Part shown: positions 1-13,392 of the stretch, one piece after another
Layout of the letters: each line of letters starts with the position of its first letter
Numbering within the stretch: the first letter of the stretch is position 1
From: Tubiluchus corallicola
Lineage: Eukaryota > Animalia > Priapulida
Assembly: GCA_030141605.1 (NCBI GenBank)
Contig: JAQGDQ010000143.1
Coordinates: 310,001 to 374,000 of the forward strand
Direction: 5' to 3'
DNA: 64,000 nt
The notes under the pieces: generated by a model
Seen by the model: the letters and a program-made list of their open reading frames with translations, nothing else
The model's database searches: none
Told to the model about the DNA's origin: nothing
Program-made: the position numbers and the translations under genes

Positions 1-1705
1 AAGATTAATGGACGACGTCTTAACTGGAAAGCGAGGCGATAAGTTGCCAGGTCAGTATACCGCAATTATCACCCCGCTATGGGTTGTTGATTTATGATTC
101 TCTTTATTTTCTCATGGAAACGTGATGTTACTGTGCTAAAAGCCAGCGAATTACAGTATTTGAATTCAGGAAAAACCCTTTGTGTCGTACACGTAATTCC
201 AAATACATTATTGCGACTGTAGTGTAGTATTATGTACTGTAGTGTGCTGTCTTAAAATTATAATATGTATTAACTAAGTATTTAACTAACAATATTTGCA
301 GCAAAAATATATCTGTGAAATTCAGCCATCCTTAGTGACCAAACAGCATTATGCATCTAACGTAAAAAAGCATTTTAATTGTGGCGATAAATATTCTAAC
401 GGACAAATCCGTGAACATATAATTCAAACACAGCAACAAAAATGGCAACAGCTTAGTTATTTCGGGGATGTTTCGATAAGACAATTATAGAACAAGCTGT
501 TTATTCCAGCTTAATAGTGATCAATATTGAAACTATATTTGTACAAAACATTTCTGGGGAAGAAAAAACCGCAGAATACTAAAACACTCCAAAACATTAT
601 AAATGATAACAGCATGCTAAAAACATTCAAATAGTCCATATGCAAATGGTGTTGAAGATAAATCATTTATTTTATCATGCTGCCGTTTTTTCTTGGACAA
701 AAGGAACATAAATATTGTCAAAAATATCGCTTATACTGTGTTTGCTTAGTTGAAACTGGAGCTTGCCTCTGTTCTTTATGAGCGTCCTGCAAACCTGTAG
801 AGGATCGGACCTGCGAACTAATTAAAGTCAAATCACGAAGTTTTGATACATTTCTTAGTTAACGCGGCATTTACCAGACATCCGGAATGCGTTTTGCATA
901 TTGCGTATTTGTTATTGCATATTGGTTATTGCGCATGCATTTGTGCTTCATAGATAAAAACCAATTTATCTTGTTTTCAATGCGTTCGTTTATAAGACCT
1001 GTGTTATTGCATTGTTTTTTTCAGCGATTCCTACTAGATTGTTTATACGGAGTTGGATACGCAATGACGCATAATGCACTGCTTAACGCAGCAAATTCTA
1101 ACAACTGAATAGATATATTTTAGCCTAATCTGCTGAATGCAAGTACAATATGGGCCTACTATTTTAATAATTTACTTGGACGCCAGTTATAATTTCTGTT
1201 CCATACCATAAATATGTTTATAACCTGTTAAGAACTGAAAGTGATCATTCATGCACTTTGTAAATCAATTCATTTGTTGTTTATCATGTTGCTAAGCAAA
1301 TTTAGCACGAACCGTATGTTATTAAATTCCTCACAAAATCAGTAACAATAATCAGACTGCAATAAGACTTTTATAAGACAACATAATTAAATAATTAGCT
1401 ACATGGCTATCTTTGTTTATCCCATGTCCTTAGTTGTATCTGAAAGCCTGCAAGAAGCTATAAGACGGTAAAATTAAATTAACTTTCATCTTATTACACT
1501 TCTTTAATCACTTAATCAGAAGGACTTTCAACTAACTGGAACTGTAATCCTGCCAGAGTTAGTAAAGCTTTCAATTTGACTAAATGTATAAGCCAGCCGC
1601 GCTGCAGCCTCACGTAGAAGGGCTGATTATCACCAGCCATGTGGATAAATTAGCCTAGTTGCTGAATAGTTAATGAAGCCAGGCTTTGTTACACAGTTTC
1701 CATAT

Positions 1706-1836
1706 CTATTATTTCTCTTATTTCTCTTCTTTGCTCTTCTCTTCTCTTCTTTGGACTCATTCCTCTTTTCTCTTCTTTGTCTTCTCTTCTCCTCTCCCTC
1801 TCCTCTCTTCTCTCATCTCTTCTTCACTCATCTCAC
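1706..1836. repeat. Pyrimidine-rich (CTCTT)n degenerate microsatellite
   Basis: Runs of ctctt/ctctc; explains the spurious Leu/Phe/Ser ORF 1673-1867. Confidence 0.8.
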
Positions 1837-4717
1837 TACAAATAGCTTACAGAGTATGAGACACTAAAGCATGTACTTGTTTGCGCGCTGAAATAATAGC
1901 GCATTTAATATCACATTGCCAATGCTAATAGCTGTTTGAAAAGCCATTTTGTTTATCAAATGAAAAGTCTCTGTGGGCCAAATTGAGTAGTATAAGTTAT
2001 ATCGAGATTGGTTGACCTCTGTTCATGAGTCACGGCTTGAAAAGTTACAGTTGCGATTTCATTATGAATTGCAGTTCCTGTGCATTCAAGTCATGCGAAT
2101 TTAATCACACAAAATTATAAATTTCAAAGAAAAGGCTGGCACTTTTGAAGGTCCAATTCTGTAACTATAGACCGTATTATTTGCGAATCTTCAGTTTCTG
2201 TCAGAAATATTGTCAACTAGTTTTGTTTAGTTTCAAAACTCGAGATCAGATTTGTGCGGTTTTCTAAACCTATGTGCATAATGACAAAATATACCAAACC
2301 AGTTATCTAAAAATAAATTAAATAAACAAAATATTTATACCACGATTTTTACAGGTTATCGAAATCTGAACTATGATTACTATCTAATGTTTGGTCAGTG
2401 TTTTCTTTTCTTTTAAAATGACCTTTTGCGGCCAGAGGCTACTCCTGTTAAACATCTAGTAAGCAAGCCCATCACGCATCCTTGATGAGATACTGGAGTA
2501 AACGAAGATTAAGGCCATATGCCAGCAGACTCTAGTTTACCGCTGACTGGTATTAAATAGCGCATTCAGAGTTTTATTGATTGTGAATGATCTGCATTAA
2601 TAATTACATTGGGGGAACTGTCGATTCGCTTAATAACATAAACATATCACATGTTTCTGACGTCGTCTGCTAAATCGGTTGAGATCATTGTAAAATGTTA
2701 TTGGGAACTTTCTACAATCAAGGCTCCTGCTCTGCTGCCAAAAATAGACTCGTCAAATTGACGCCTTTGAATTAACTGCGATACGCGTGCAGTGAAAAAT
2801 AGCTGAGTTTAGCTGCCTGGTTACGCCTGACTGCGTGAGAAGCCCTGTAGAGTAACCCTTGCACACCGCGTGACACGCTTGTTTACTAAACGCTCGAATT
2901 AACATGCCAATGATTTTAAGAATGATGCAAAAACAAGGACTTTGTAAACGCGTTTTTGAATGAAGGATTGAATAGTACCCTCCGTACCAAAATCGCTTTA
3001 TTAATCATGTAGAAAATAACAATGGAACTTAGTTATAGCATTAGATGGTAGTTTAAATTTTCGTAATTTGCTGGTTATTTTGGTATCATATTTATATAAT
3101 TTAAGTTTATTATAAAGAAAAAGCTATCGTGTTAATGTGTTGGGATTATTGTTCCTTTTGGGGCCATGAACAGCTCAGGACCGTAGGACTAACAGAACAG
3201 ATTGGTAAAAATACAGTTTAGTAATTGTTGTTCGACTAAAACCACATTTTGAAAATTTCTGAACATTACTTTTTCATTTCTGGTTCACCATAAAATTCAC
3301 AAAATTCAGGAAGATGACATTCAGGAAGATGGTGATATTCAGTCTCTTGCTGCATTTAAGCTCTCTACCTAATTCAGTTTCAGCATTCGATCTTTTGCAG
3401 CTTTAATTTTTGCTGTTTTCAACCTGTTAAAATATTTTTCTTTAGACTTACTTCACCACCTCTATTGTAGCATGCAATTTATTCAGATCTGGATTCGCCT
3501 AAAATTTATCTATTTTAAAATTCAGTATGCTATAGCATTCACATTTTGCAAGATTTATGGTTCTATTCTAGCACTGTGTCACGTATCAACTAGAACTTCT
3601 ATTTCACGCTCTGCTTTCTTATGTGTATTGTTACTGAATATAATGATTATAATTCTTAAAATGGAAAGACACGAAAATCGTCTTGTGACGATGTTTTCAA
3701 AAGTAATTTGCGGAAATTTTCTCGCCAAATTGGCACATTTCTGGTACCAAGTTTTCGTACGCTTGTTTTTATTTAAAATTCATTTCCTACATTAAAAAGT
3801 ACTTAACATTGAAAATTCAAACTAACCCACTAAGTTCCAAATTCTGCAAGCAGATATCCAACACCCAACGACGTGACCAAGACCTTAAGCCTAACGTAAT
3901 TGGTTCCGCAAACTTGTTCATCATCAAGGAGAATTCTCTAAAAGGACGCTGAACCGCAGAAGTGTTTTGACCACATTCGGAAATGTAAACGCCTTGAACG
4001 GCAAATATGCAGACAGCTGAAATCAAAATGGCAAAAAGCACCCCAAATCGATTTTTGATGGTCACACATTCATTCATTAACCAAGCCAATCGTTGCTGAA
4101 TCTCGATTGCTAAGCACACTCTGGGCTTTTTCTATTCCCTTACTACTCAAATTCCCAGTTATCAAATTATCTGATGCTGGAAAATGCTCAGACACCACCC
4201 ACTCGGCTACCATTAACGCGGGGTTAGGTCTAATTGTCTCAGTAACCACATTTTAAACGCGTGACATAGACTGCCAACTTTCTTCTAAAACACTGATTGA
4301 AGCCACAGACTAATTTACCACATTTCAACACAAAACTCGTTATGTTTTCAGCTGTGAAGATATTTGTTTAGCAGCACATTATTCGCCCATTAACAGACCT
4401 GGGGTTAACCCATGAATGGAAGCCAAACAACGTGTACATACCCCGTCACATGAAGCTATATAATAAATGTCAGGGATACCAGCTGTGTGCATCAGCTTTC
4501 GGTTACTGTACAGCAGTGAATCTCAAACGGGAGACACTTGGCTTCCCGGGGGCAGGATTTTTGTCAGGGGATAACTAATGGGGGAATATAAGCATGGCTG
4601 CCCTAGATACGAAATTTCACATATCCCATATACACAGCTTTTACAAGAATTCCCATGGATGCATCTATATACCTAGTATTACCTATTTCAGTACCTAAAA
4701 AGCATTCTCTGAATACG

Positions 4718-5071
4718 TGTTGTGTTTTGTTTCTCTCGGATCGTAGAGAAAACCAGAAAACACTTCGTCAAATTAAACTAGTTTATTAAGCGAGAATTCT
4801 ACAGCACAAAAGTATGAAGGAACGCGAAATGTTTACAATAAACGTGAAAATCTGGAAAATGTTTAAGTGTATCTGAAAATACAAGTATACAAGAGAATGT
4901 GTAAGTGTGCGTCCTGTGAATCTGCGTTTGTGTGTCAGCGGCCAGCTTCGCCTTATATAGCGTGCCAGAGAAGTTTCTTTCTAGAACATTCTACAAGGTA
5001 AGACGATTGTACTAACGGAACATTCTACAATGTTCTATTTAATTCTAATAGATGCCAGCGATCTCCACAAC
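4718..5071 (-). repeat. Complete LTR (3' LTR of the minus-strand Gypsy copy)
   Basis: Starts tgttgtg (4718), ends cacaaca (5071). PPT complement cctccccacc immediately follows. Minus-strand TATATAA (plus ttatata ~4953) lies upstream of AATAAA (plus tttatt ~4782). Confidence 0.8.
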
Positions 5072-6318
5072 ACCTCCCCACCGAAACTGATGCTGTCTCC
5101 AAAGCATCAGCAACAACGTCTCTCTCTCGGCTTGGGTGTCCTCTTGGATCGTCTAGGGTTGTCTGGTCCATACTCTGGCACAGGCGGCTTGGTCTCGGAC
5201 ATGGGTTGAGGTGCTCTGGTTTGCTTCAGGGTTTCTGGCAGTTCTTCCAGGATCTCCATTGGATGATCAGGTGGAAGCTCAGAAGTAAAGTCCGCCTCAT
5301 CACCAGGTTCTCTACAGCGAGTCTTTGAAGCAGCGAGTACCCAAAGCTTTCTTGATGACTGCTGGTACCCATCGGGGATGTCCGTCTCGACGAGGTCAAT
5401 AGTACAGTGCATAGACAGGCTCTCCAGCCTTGTACTGCTTGGTGACCTTGGCGACACCTCCCGAGTCTGGAGTCGAGCGAGATGACTCCTTGGATTGCTT
5501 ACCCTCAGGGTAGCAAGGAGTCAATCCTTGTCCGTATCTGCCGAGACATCAAAAGTTCACTCGGAGAGAATCCACAGGATGTCGGTGTTCTCCGGTATGC
5601 ATCAGAAACTTTTGAAGAGCTCACTTTGGGGGCAGAGAAGACTTCCTGAGTGCCTCTTTGAATGCTGCTCCCGGATGGTGAGATGTGTGATCCCACGCTC
5701 TCTGCACCACCCAAGGTCGCCAAGCAGTACATGGCTGGAGAGCCTGTCTATGCACTGTACTATTGACCTCGTCGAGACGGACATCCCCGATGGGTACCAG
5801 CAGTCATCAAGAAAGCTTTGGGTACTCGCTGCTTCAACGTTAAGGTCTTTCCTCATGGTCCAGTGTGGAGATGACACTGGGAACAGCTACGTCCGCGCTA
5901 CGCTTCTGTAGAGGACTATGAACCTGGTGATGAGACGGACTTTACTTCTGAGCTTCCACCTGATCATCCAATGAAGATCCTGGAAGAACTGCCAGAAATC
6001 CTGAAGCAAACCGGAGCACCTCAGCCCATGTCCGAGACCAAGCCGCCTGTGCCAGAGTATGGACCGGACAACCCCAGACGATCCAAGAGGACACCCAAGC
6101 CGAGAAAGAGACTTTGTTGCTGATGCTTTGGAGACAGCATCAGTTTCAGTGGGGAGGTGTTGTGGTGATCACTGGCATCTATTAGAATTAAATAGAACAT
6201 TATAGCATGCCAGAGAAGTTTCCAGAAGTTTCTTTCTAGAACATTCTACAAGGTAAGACGATTATTCTAACGGAACATTCTACAATGTTCTATTTAATTC
6301 TAATAGATGCCAACAACA
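4718..6318. mobile_element. Rearranged Ty3/Gypsy (K02A2.6-like) LTR retrotransposon remnant with internal inverted duplication
   Basis: LTR with TGTTGTG...CACAACA termini at 4718-5071, abutted by a minus-strand polypurine tract (ggtggggagg). Minus strand 5710-5107 encodes integrase pieces WCRERGITHLT, FKEALRKSSLPPK, YRRTPTSCGFSPSELLMSRQIRTRIDSLLP and C-terminal PRRSKRTPKPRERRCC*. A second, plus-strand copy (5711-6201) encodes KVAKQYMAGEPVYALYY*PRRDGHPRWVPAVIKKALGTRCFNVKVFPHGPVWR*HWEQLRPRY...PRRSKRTPKPRKRLCC*, then PPT and LTR start. Stops and deletions show it is dead. Confidence 0.88.
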
Positions 6319-8407
6319 CGTACAAAGGACAGGTACAGCTTCTATTTCTACTTTCTGTTGTAGGAAAGCAAAGGATAAAACGGTTGTAAAATGTTAACCA
6401 AAAACGTGTTGTTATCAAATTCACACACGTGTAAACTACTACAGGACGCAATTGTCATCATAAAATACCCTGTGTTAATTTCAGTTGAATGGTGTCTTTT
6501 AGGTCTTCATCTATAAGCTAATCAACCTTAAACATAAAATGAAACACAACTGTCAAACAAAAATGCCCTAGCCACGTAATCAATTAGTTTACTCAGCCAG
6601 TCCTCGTCCAGTTACTCAACGTCATACCCATTACATGTCATTACTGTTCAGTCTCGTAGCAGTGCAGTTGAAATTGACTTTGGTTGCTGACAAACTTAGT
6701 CACTTACGTCACTAAAGTCGATTGTGACGTCAGTTCCTTGAGCTGCTGATTCCCCCTACAAGTGAGATAAACTGTTATTCAAAATTACCGTAATGATGTC
6801 TCTATAACTCCATTTAATCACATACAGATATCCATGGATGTCTATCCACGTTTGGCCTGTTTAATATCCATAGATTTAATCACTGAGATTTTCTATCCAC
6901 GGAAACATATCAGTCAGCGAAGAAACTCCGATATATCAAGTGCCATTTCACGCAAGTTGGGTTCATCAATTTGGGCGCTAATACTCAATGGTTGCAAAGA
7001 CTTCGTTGTTATTCTTTCTTTTGACAGAATTTTAATTTTAGAAAAGCTCGTTTGGCCTTCTCAACAACATAATGTTTACCTATTGATTCAAAAGCAAGTT
7101 TTATCATCTACCAACATAAAGCTTTTTTCATTTTACTGCATGCAAAATGGAATTTATTTTCATAAATTATCGTGGTAACTAGAGATGCAAAGATGTAGTC
7201 CTGAAAATTATCCAGATAAGAATTCAAAATACATGTATCAGAAGGATCGAACAACCAGGAAGTGCAGGGGGAAGAATAGGCCTAGCTGGATTTTGTAACA
7301 AATTCTAACTTCGAATAAAATTGTACACTTTTTATGGCGCATTTCGTGACGCTTCTACTCACTATAAAAAATTCAGCCTGAAAACGATGTGTTTTCTACA
7401 AATATTTTTGTTTGACGAGAAACCGTGCAAATTTCAACATTGCGCACTGAACGTGTGCTTGTTAGGATGCGGTTTTCTTGTCTTGTTATGAACTCCATGA
7501 TGACGGTTGAGTTAGAGGTGCTTGCCAAACGTAACAAAACTGTAGCAAAAACAATAGCAGTTAAATAACAGTTACCACTTTTAGAATACAGTCTGAAACA
7601 ATTCAGTAAATCATAATTGAAGAAACTACGCTTTTGTTTTTTCCATGGATTTGGTTTTATAGACTTCAGTTGCAAACTTGCAATTACGCATTATTGTGAA
7701 ATGCCATTTTAGCCATTGCCACTGCTGAATGAATTAAATAAATCTTATGGCCATTTTTTCTTAATATGAGCCCAATTGATTATTATTGTGATCTGAACAA
7801 TTATGTGGTGTTTAAAACAAAACTAATCCATAATTGTTTTTTAATGTAAGGATCCGTAAATTTGCAAAGTGAATAAATAGAAAAGAATGTAAATTGATGT
7901 GTTTGTGTTCAGTACAAACGGAAATTGAGTGTCACATCTTGTAACATCCAAACCCATAACTTACTCCATAGCGTGCTAATAATGCACTAAACGTTTTAAT
8001 ATTTCATTAACAGAGTCCCTCTATTATGGCAGTCACGTCTGCTTTCTGACATTTCTGTGAGCTTCCACCAAGATATTTGCCGCCATTTTCTTTTACCCAG
8101 AATTCCCGGCGGGTTAATAACGTATAATACTAAATTCATGATGTTATGACCAAAATGAAATATAAATGACTGCATGTTGAACGATGCTCCCACTGGAGAT
8201 ATATATGTATATATACGAGAAACTCTGTTGCATTAATAGGGCGCATCACTATTAATGCCATTCGCGGGAAATCATGCATTCTACTATCGATTTTTGATCT
8301 TCAACAAGAAAGAAAACATCGCAATGTGATTGTCTTTGAAGAATTCACTCACTGAATCGAAATAAAAAGTGTGTTTCCTGACCTTTATTACTGTATTGTT
8401 GGTGTAA

Positions 8408-8640
8408 GAAAGAGAGACAAACAGATAGACAGACAGACAGGCGGCAAAAAGAGGTGGACAAACAGATAAACACAGACAGACAGACACAAGGACGGATTGG
8501 TGGACGGACAGACAAACAGACAGTGAAAAAGAGAAGGACAAACAGAATTATAACGACGGGAAAGAGGTAAAAAGAGACACAGACAGAGAGACAGATAGAC
8601 ACACACAGAGAATGATAGACAGACGGACAGACAGAAAAAC
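8408..8640. repeat. Degenerate (GACA/GACG)n microsatellite
   Basis: acagacagac runs; source of the three overlapping Leu/Ser/Val/Cys ORFs. Confidence 0.8.
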
Positions 8641-11285
8641 AAAAAATATATATTTAACTAAAATTCACAAAAAAGAAGTCATATGTCTAACATTTACAAC
8701 TTTTCTAACTTGCTATAATTAAACATAGAAACAAAGATACGGGTCTTTGTGGCGGCTATTGCACCTAAAAGAGATGAAGAAGTGACATTTGAGATTCAGC
8801 CGCTAGCATATTATATTCTTTGCGGCTTTCGAGCTGGTAAAACCCCAGCGTTTGTAAACCCTAAAAACTCAAACAGCAAGGGTAATTTTAATGATTCTGT
8901 GCGCAGTCGTCATAGTAACCGTTTGATTATAATGCAACTCCATTGAAATTTGTAATTTATTCGATCAGATTTTGTGCGTGACAAAAAATTAATTAATGGA
9001 TTTAATTGTCGGGTTAGCCTTAACCTTTTAGACATTGTTCTTTCGTTTATGATTATCATCATAAACGAAAAAGCAAAGGTAACATTAATGATTCTGTGCG
9101 TAATAACCATGGCAACCTGATGAATTGCAGTGCAAATCGTAACCTCAGATCAGGTGTGATATGTTTAATAACATGATTATGTCACAATAGTCATGCTAGC
9201 AATATAAGTCTTATAACTAATGATTTTAATTATAGACGGCTTTGGCTCATTATCTTTAAGTACATTATCCATCAATGACGTATTTACTGTTTACCTAGTG
9301 TACCGCTAAAAGCAATTGAACGCCGTCATTTAATAAAGAGAATAACGTGAAGAAATAATTAGAGCAGATTGGCTAGGTAGGTCGGATATTACTTGGGGGC
9401 ACTTTTCATTGAGCGTGCTTAATTGAGTTCTATATTTAACAAGCTGGAACTGTCTCATACTGTTACTAGAAACCATTGCTTGTTAGTCTACAAAAGTAAG
9501 TCCTGTACACACATCAGTATGTTGAAACTATTAGCAATAGCAACAGCAACAGCAACACAACAGCAGCAATAACAAAGCAACAACAGCATCCAGATGAGTA
9601 GCGACTTAACCAACAGATAGAAGTGACATGATGATCTGTGTTGATACTTTAGCTATCCCGATGCTTTATTGGTGACACGACCCACATGGAAATTAAGCTT
9701 TCTTTCCTTTCCTTTCTTGTTAATTTAAGGCTCTTTTCTAGACACTAAGCAATTATCTTACCTTAATTGTAATAACCGAGATAAAAGTCTTAAATCAAAT
9801 GTGGCTAATGAAAACCACTTTCACAGAAGAATATTAAAATCTGTTTCTGGAACACCAGAGACCTTCGATCTAAAAGGATTTCAATCGCTGTTAACAATTT
9901 TCCGTTTGAGAAATATCCATATAAGCTGGCATTTTCTGGTAGACAAAATTGAATGGCAATATTCCAAATGAATCTTATGCGATACCAGTACATAAAGATT
10001 GTCTGTAAATTTCTCATAAGATTGGGCTTAAAAGTTTGCGCCACACGGTTCCGTTTCTCTGTTCTACTTATACTATATCAGTATGCAGTTTTTCCGCTTC
10101 TAGTAGATCTTAATGCCTGCCATAATTATTGGGTTTAATAGCTAGTTGTCATGACGTTAGACATAATCCAGAAGTTCCTAGTTCACACTAATCTCACGCC
10201 CGACCTTTACAAGTGCATATGCTTCCTTTTAGGCAAGTTCGATTTTAAAATTCAATGATTGTGAGTTGATATGATCACTCATTTTTAAATTAATATTTTT
10301 TTAATAATTAATTCCGATGCTACACTCCAACTTTGCAGATCGAATGCCAGACCTTTGGAGGTGCTTAAGGATCATAAAACTACACCACAAAAATATAAAG
10401 CTCACAGGATCACAGAACAGTATTGCCAAAGTACAAGTCAAAGGAAATGCATCCTTCACAGAATCGCAACCTCAAAAGAACACCAAGCAAATTGCAAAGC
10501 CAACATGTTTAGAATATCATATTATTAGTGTGACATTGAAGAATAGTGTATGTTATGCTGTCATGGTGGCCTTTATTAACAAAGGTGTTTCTATACCTGA
10601 GTGGCTTTCATAATAGTCAGCTATTCATAATAACTATGTACACATTCTCATGCCATTCTGCCATCCTACCAGGAAGAGATGAGAGAACGTTATTAGACAC
10701 GGAGCACTAGTAGATGATATGGCTTTGTGGCATTAGTTTTCAGCTTTCTCTAGCTCACATTGCAGCTGTTACAGTGTCGTTATTGAAACGCCAGGAGTAT
10801 ATATTAATTACATGAGTAAATCAGAGCTCAGCTAAGTAAATTGACGCGTTCAGTGCACACACAAGCGGCTAGCAACCGAGCGCAGCATAATTGCTAATGC
10901 TAGCATCGCTATTATCGAACTACAATAATCTGTTTTACGTCATCGTCACTCGGCATAATGACAGGCAGACGGACAGACAGACACTCAAATACAATTACGA
11001 TATTTATTATTTTGATTACCAGTGGAATACGTGCCGCGGGATATTTCTACGCAGCTATGTACAAATATTAATGTAATTACTGACGTCGTCTTGAGGATAG
11101 CTATCGAGTCAAGAATGCTTCCGCATGTAATCAGAAAGATTAAACCATTATATTGTGCCCGTGGATGTAAATGCGTTTAGCTTGCAATTCTAAAATGTAA
11201 TTATAAATTGCAATTATAAAATTCTAGTTTATAATGCTTCGTGGTCACAAACGAATTTGTCTAATACCCCAAAATGTGAAAAAGT

Positions 11286-11533
11286 TGAGTAGAGTAAAGT
11301 AGATCAGAATAGAGTAGAGTAGAGTAGAGTGGAGCAGAGCAGAGCAGAGCGGAGTGGAGTGGAGTGGAGTGGAGTGGAGTGGAGTGGAGTGGAGTGGAGT
11401 AGAGTAGAGTAGAGTAGAGTAGAGTAGAGTAGAGTAGAGTAGAGTAGAGTAGAGTAGAGTAGAGTAGAGTAGAGTAGATTAGAGTAGAGTAGAGTGGAAT
11501 AGAGTGGAGTGGAGTGTTGTGGTGTGGAGTGGA
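11286..11533. repeat. Compound pentanucleotide microsatellite (AGAGT/AGAGC/GGAGT)n
   Basis: Near-perfect 5-bp periodicity over ~250 bp. Confidence 0.95.
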
Positions 11534-13316
11534 GACCGATACCAGGCTTGAACAATGGTAAAAGTTCCTTCATACAGTACAGCGTGTTTGTTCTAGCTGT
11601 GGATAGCTGATTAGTCCTTGTTCAGTAATAATTGACAAATCCTACAGCTCGATTGCGCAAGATTACTTCCCGTAGAATCAAGATGAAGTGGCTAATCCAA
11701 AATAAAGATTTTTGGCAGATTCTCGCAGTCCTGTCAAGTGCTATAATTATCTACATTTAAAATGCTGTCTAGTTCAATGCTTCGATACTAAGATCAATGT
11801 ATGGGAGTTTCTGGAATTATTCGGCTTCAAGTTCACCCAGTTACCTTAAAGAGGGGCCTGTTCTCATGTTGCTAAAACGTTGTTTACTTTAGAAAGCAAT
11901 AAAATTACTACCAAGTGACGATCAGGGACTACTTAATATGCTTTAGAAGACTTTAATTCCTATTCTTCACATGAATTATTATTTATTCCAAAAAACGCAG
12001 CCATCCAGTGTGGTCATTCTCTTGTCAGTATAATTTTTCTCGGGAATCCAAAAAGGGTATGCATATTAGCAGTTGTTTTTGTAGAAAATCCGAACTTTGT
12101 ATTGTGAAAGAACAAAAATAATACTTTGTATATTTTAATATATTTCGTCAACCAAAAGTCACTGCGTACTCTGCAGGCTTATTCGCTATTAATTTTGAGA
12201 TATCTTTTCTATGTTTATCAATATTCGAGCCACATCAAGATAGAATATAGTAGGCCAACACTTGCGTACTACAACCAAAAAAAGTTCTATATTGATATTG
12301 ATAATGACTGATAATAAAAAGCCAGTTTTTATGCTGATATTGATAACGCTTATTGTAACTGTACAAACGGTTGCAAACAAATTACTTTTACTTTAGAAGC
12401 TGTAAAATTTAAGACTGAGGAACTTTCCTGCTAATCCGACAAAGCTGAAAGCATATTTTACCAGAGAGTGTGCAGAAATTATTTACAAAAACGAAACAAA
12501 CTAATGTAATAACACAAGCATAATGCATAATGCAATAATGTAGAGTAGACCAAGAATCATGTAGAATCTGGTAGCTGTTGTTAGTGTGTAGCAGCATGTA
12601 CAATCGCGTAGACCAAGCCTTCTCTCAACAGCGTGTGATGGTGTTGTTCGTGTTACCCTCTATTCTCTCATTCTTGGTATCTGAGTTTTTCATTTCGAAT
12701 CATTCCGTGTGATTTCCGTTACAAAGTTTCTCAGCACTTTTCGAAAACTTGTGATAACCGATTCAATAACATAGTAAATTTTCATTTAGTCACTTCCTAC
12801 GCGTCTTTCAAGTCGGCTTGTATATTACAAACGTTGACATGTTTCAATGTACGATTCAATTCAATAACGATGCTATTGCATGTTTTGAGAATTGCGTGTA
12901 TGTATGATTGAAAACCGTGGATATTGGGCAGTGCGTGGACTGTTGTAAACTGCCCAAACGACGTAATTTTATCAAAGCCTCAACTAAAGTGATTAAATTT
13001 GCCTCTTGGGGAAGATTGGAGAGAAAAAGTTTTGTTTGGCAACATGAAACAATAATCATAACTGTCAGCAATTCTCTTTGTCGGCCGGTTGTACGGTTTC
13101 TGGGAAGGTTTCCAGGGAAGCTTGAGATTCTGAACTATCGGATGCATCGCTTACGGAGGAACAGTTCAGCAGGAAAAATAAAAAGGAGGAAAACAAGAAG
13201 AGCAACAGTAGCTAAAAGACAAATAATGGTGGTCTATAACAAGCAAAAAAACTACAGTTGTTACGGTCACAACCACCACCACCATCAACAACAACAACGC
13301 ATACAGCTGGAAAAAA

Positions 13317-13392
13317 CAACAATAGCAAAAGAAACAACAATATTAAAGGCTATGCAACAATAGCAAAAGAAACAACAATATTAAAGGTTATA
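13317..13392. repeat. 38-bp tandem duplication
   Basis: caacaatagcaaaagaaacaacaatattaaagg at 13317 and 13355. Confidence 0.85.

Noticed and set aside
4514-4600. Charlie/hAT-like terminus cagtgaatctcaaac
   Set aside because: No matching opposite end or TSD found.
5107-5911. ORF-track proteins sharing PRSPSST.LESLSMHCTIDLVETD as a novel paired gene
   Set aside because: Off-frame translations of the duplicated Gypsy integrase tail.
8230-8258. 10-bp hairpin gcattaatag/ctattaatgc as a Helitron end or terminator
   Set aside because: No CTRR terminus at proper spacing; isolated AT-rich stem.
8876-9140. ~197-bp-spaced degenerate direct repeat (ttaatgattctgtgcg)
   Set aside because: Only two short decayed copies; no interpretable structure.
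12908-13363. 151-aa ORF
   Set aside because: Non-ATG start, low-complexity CAA/CAC tail, no homology recognisable.
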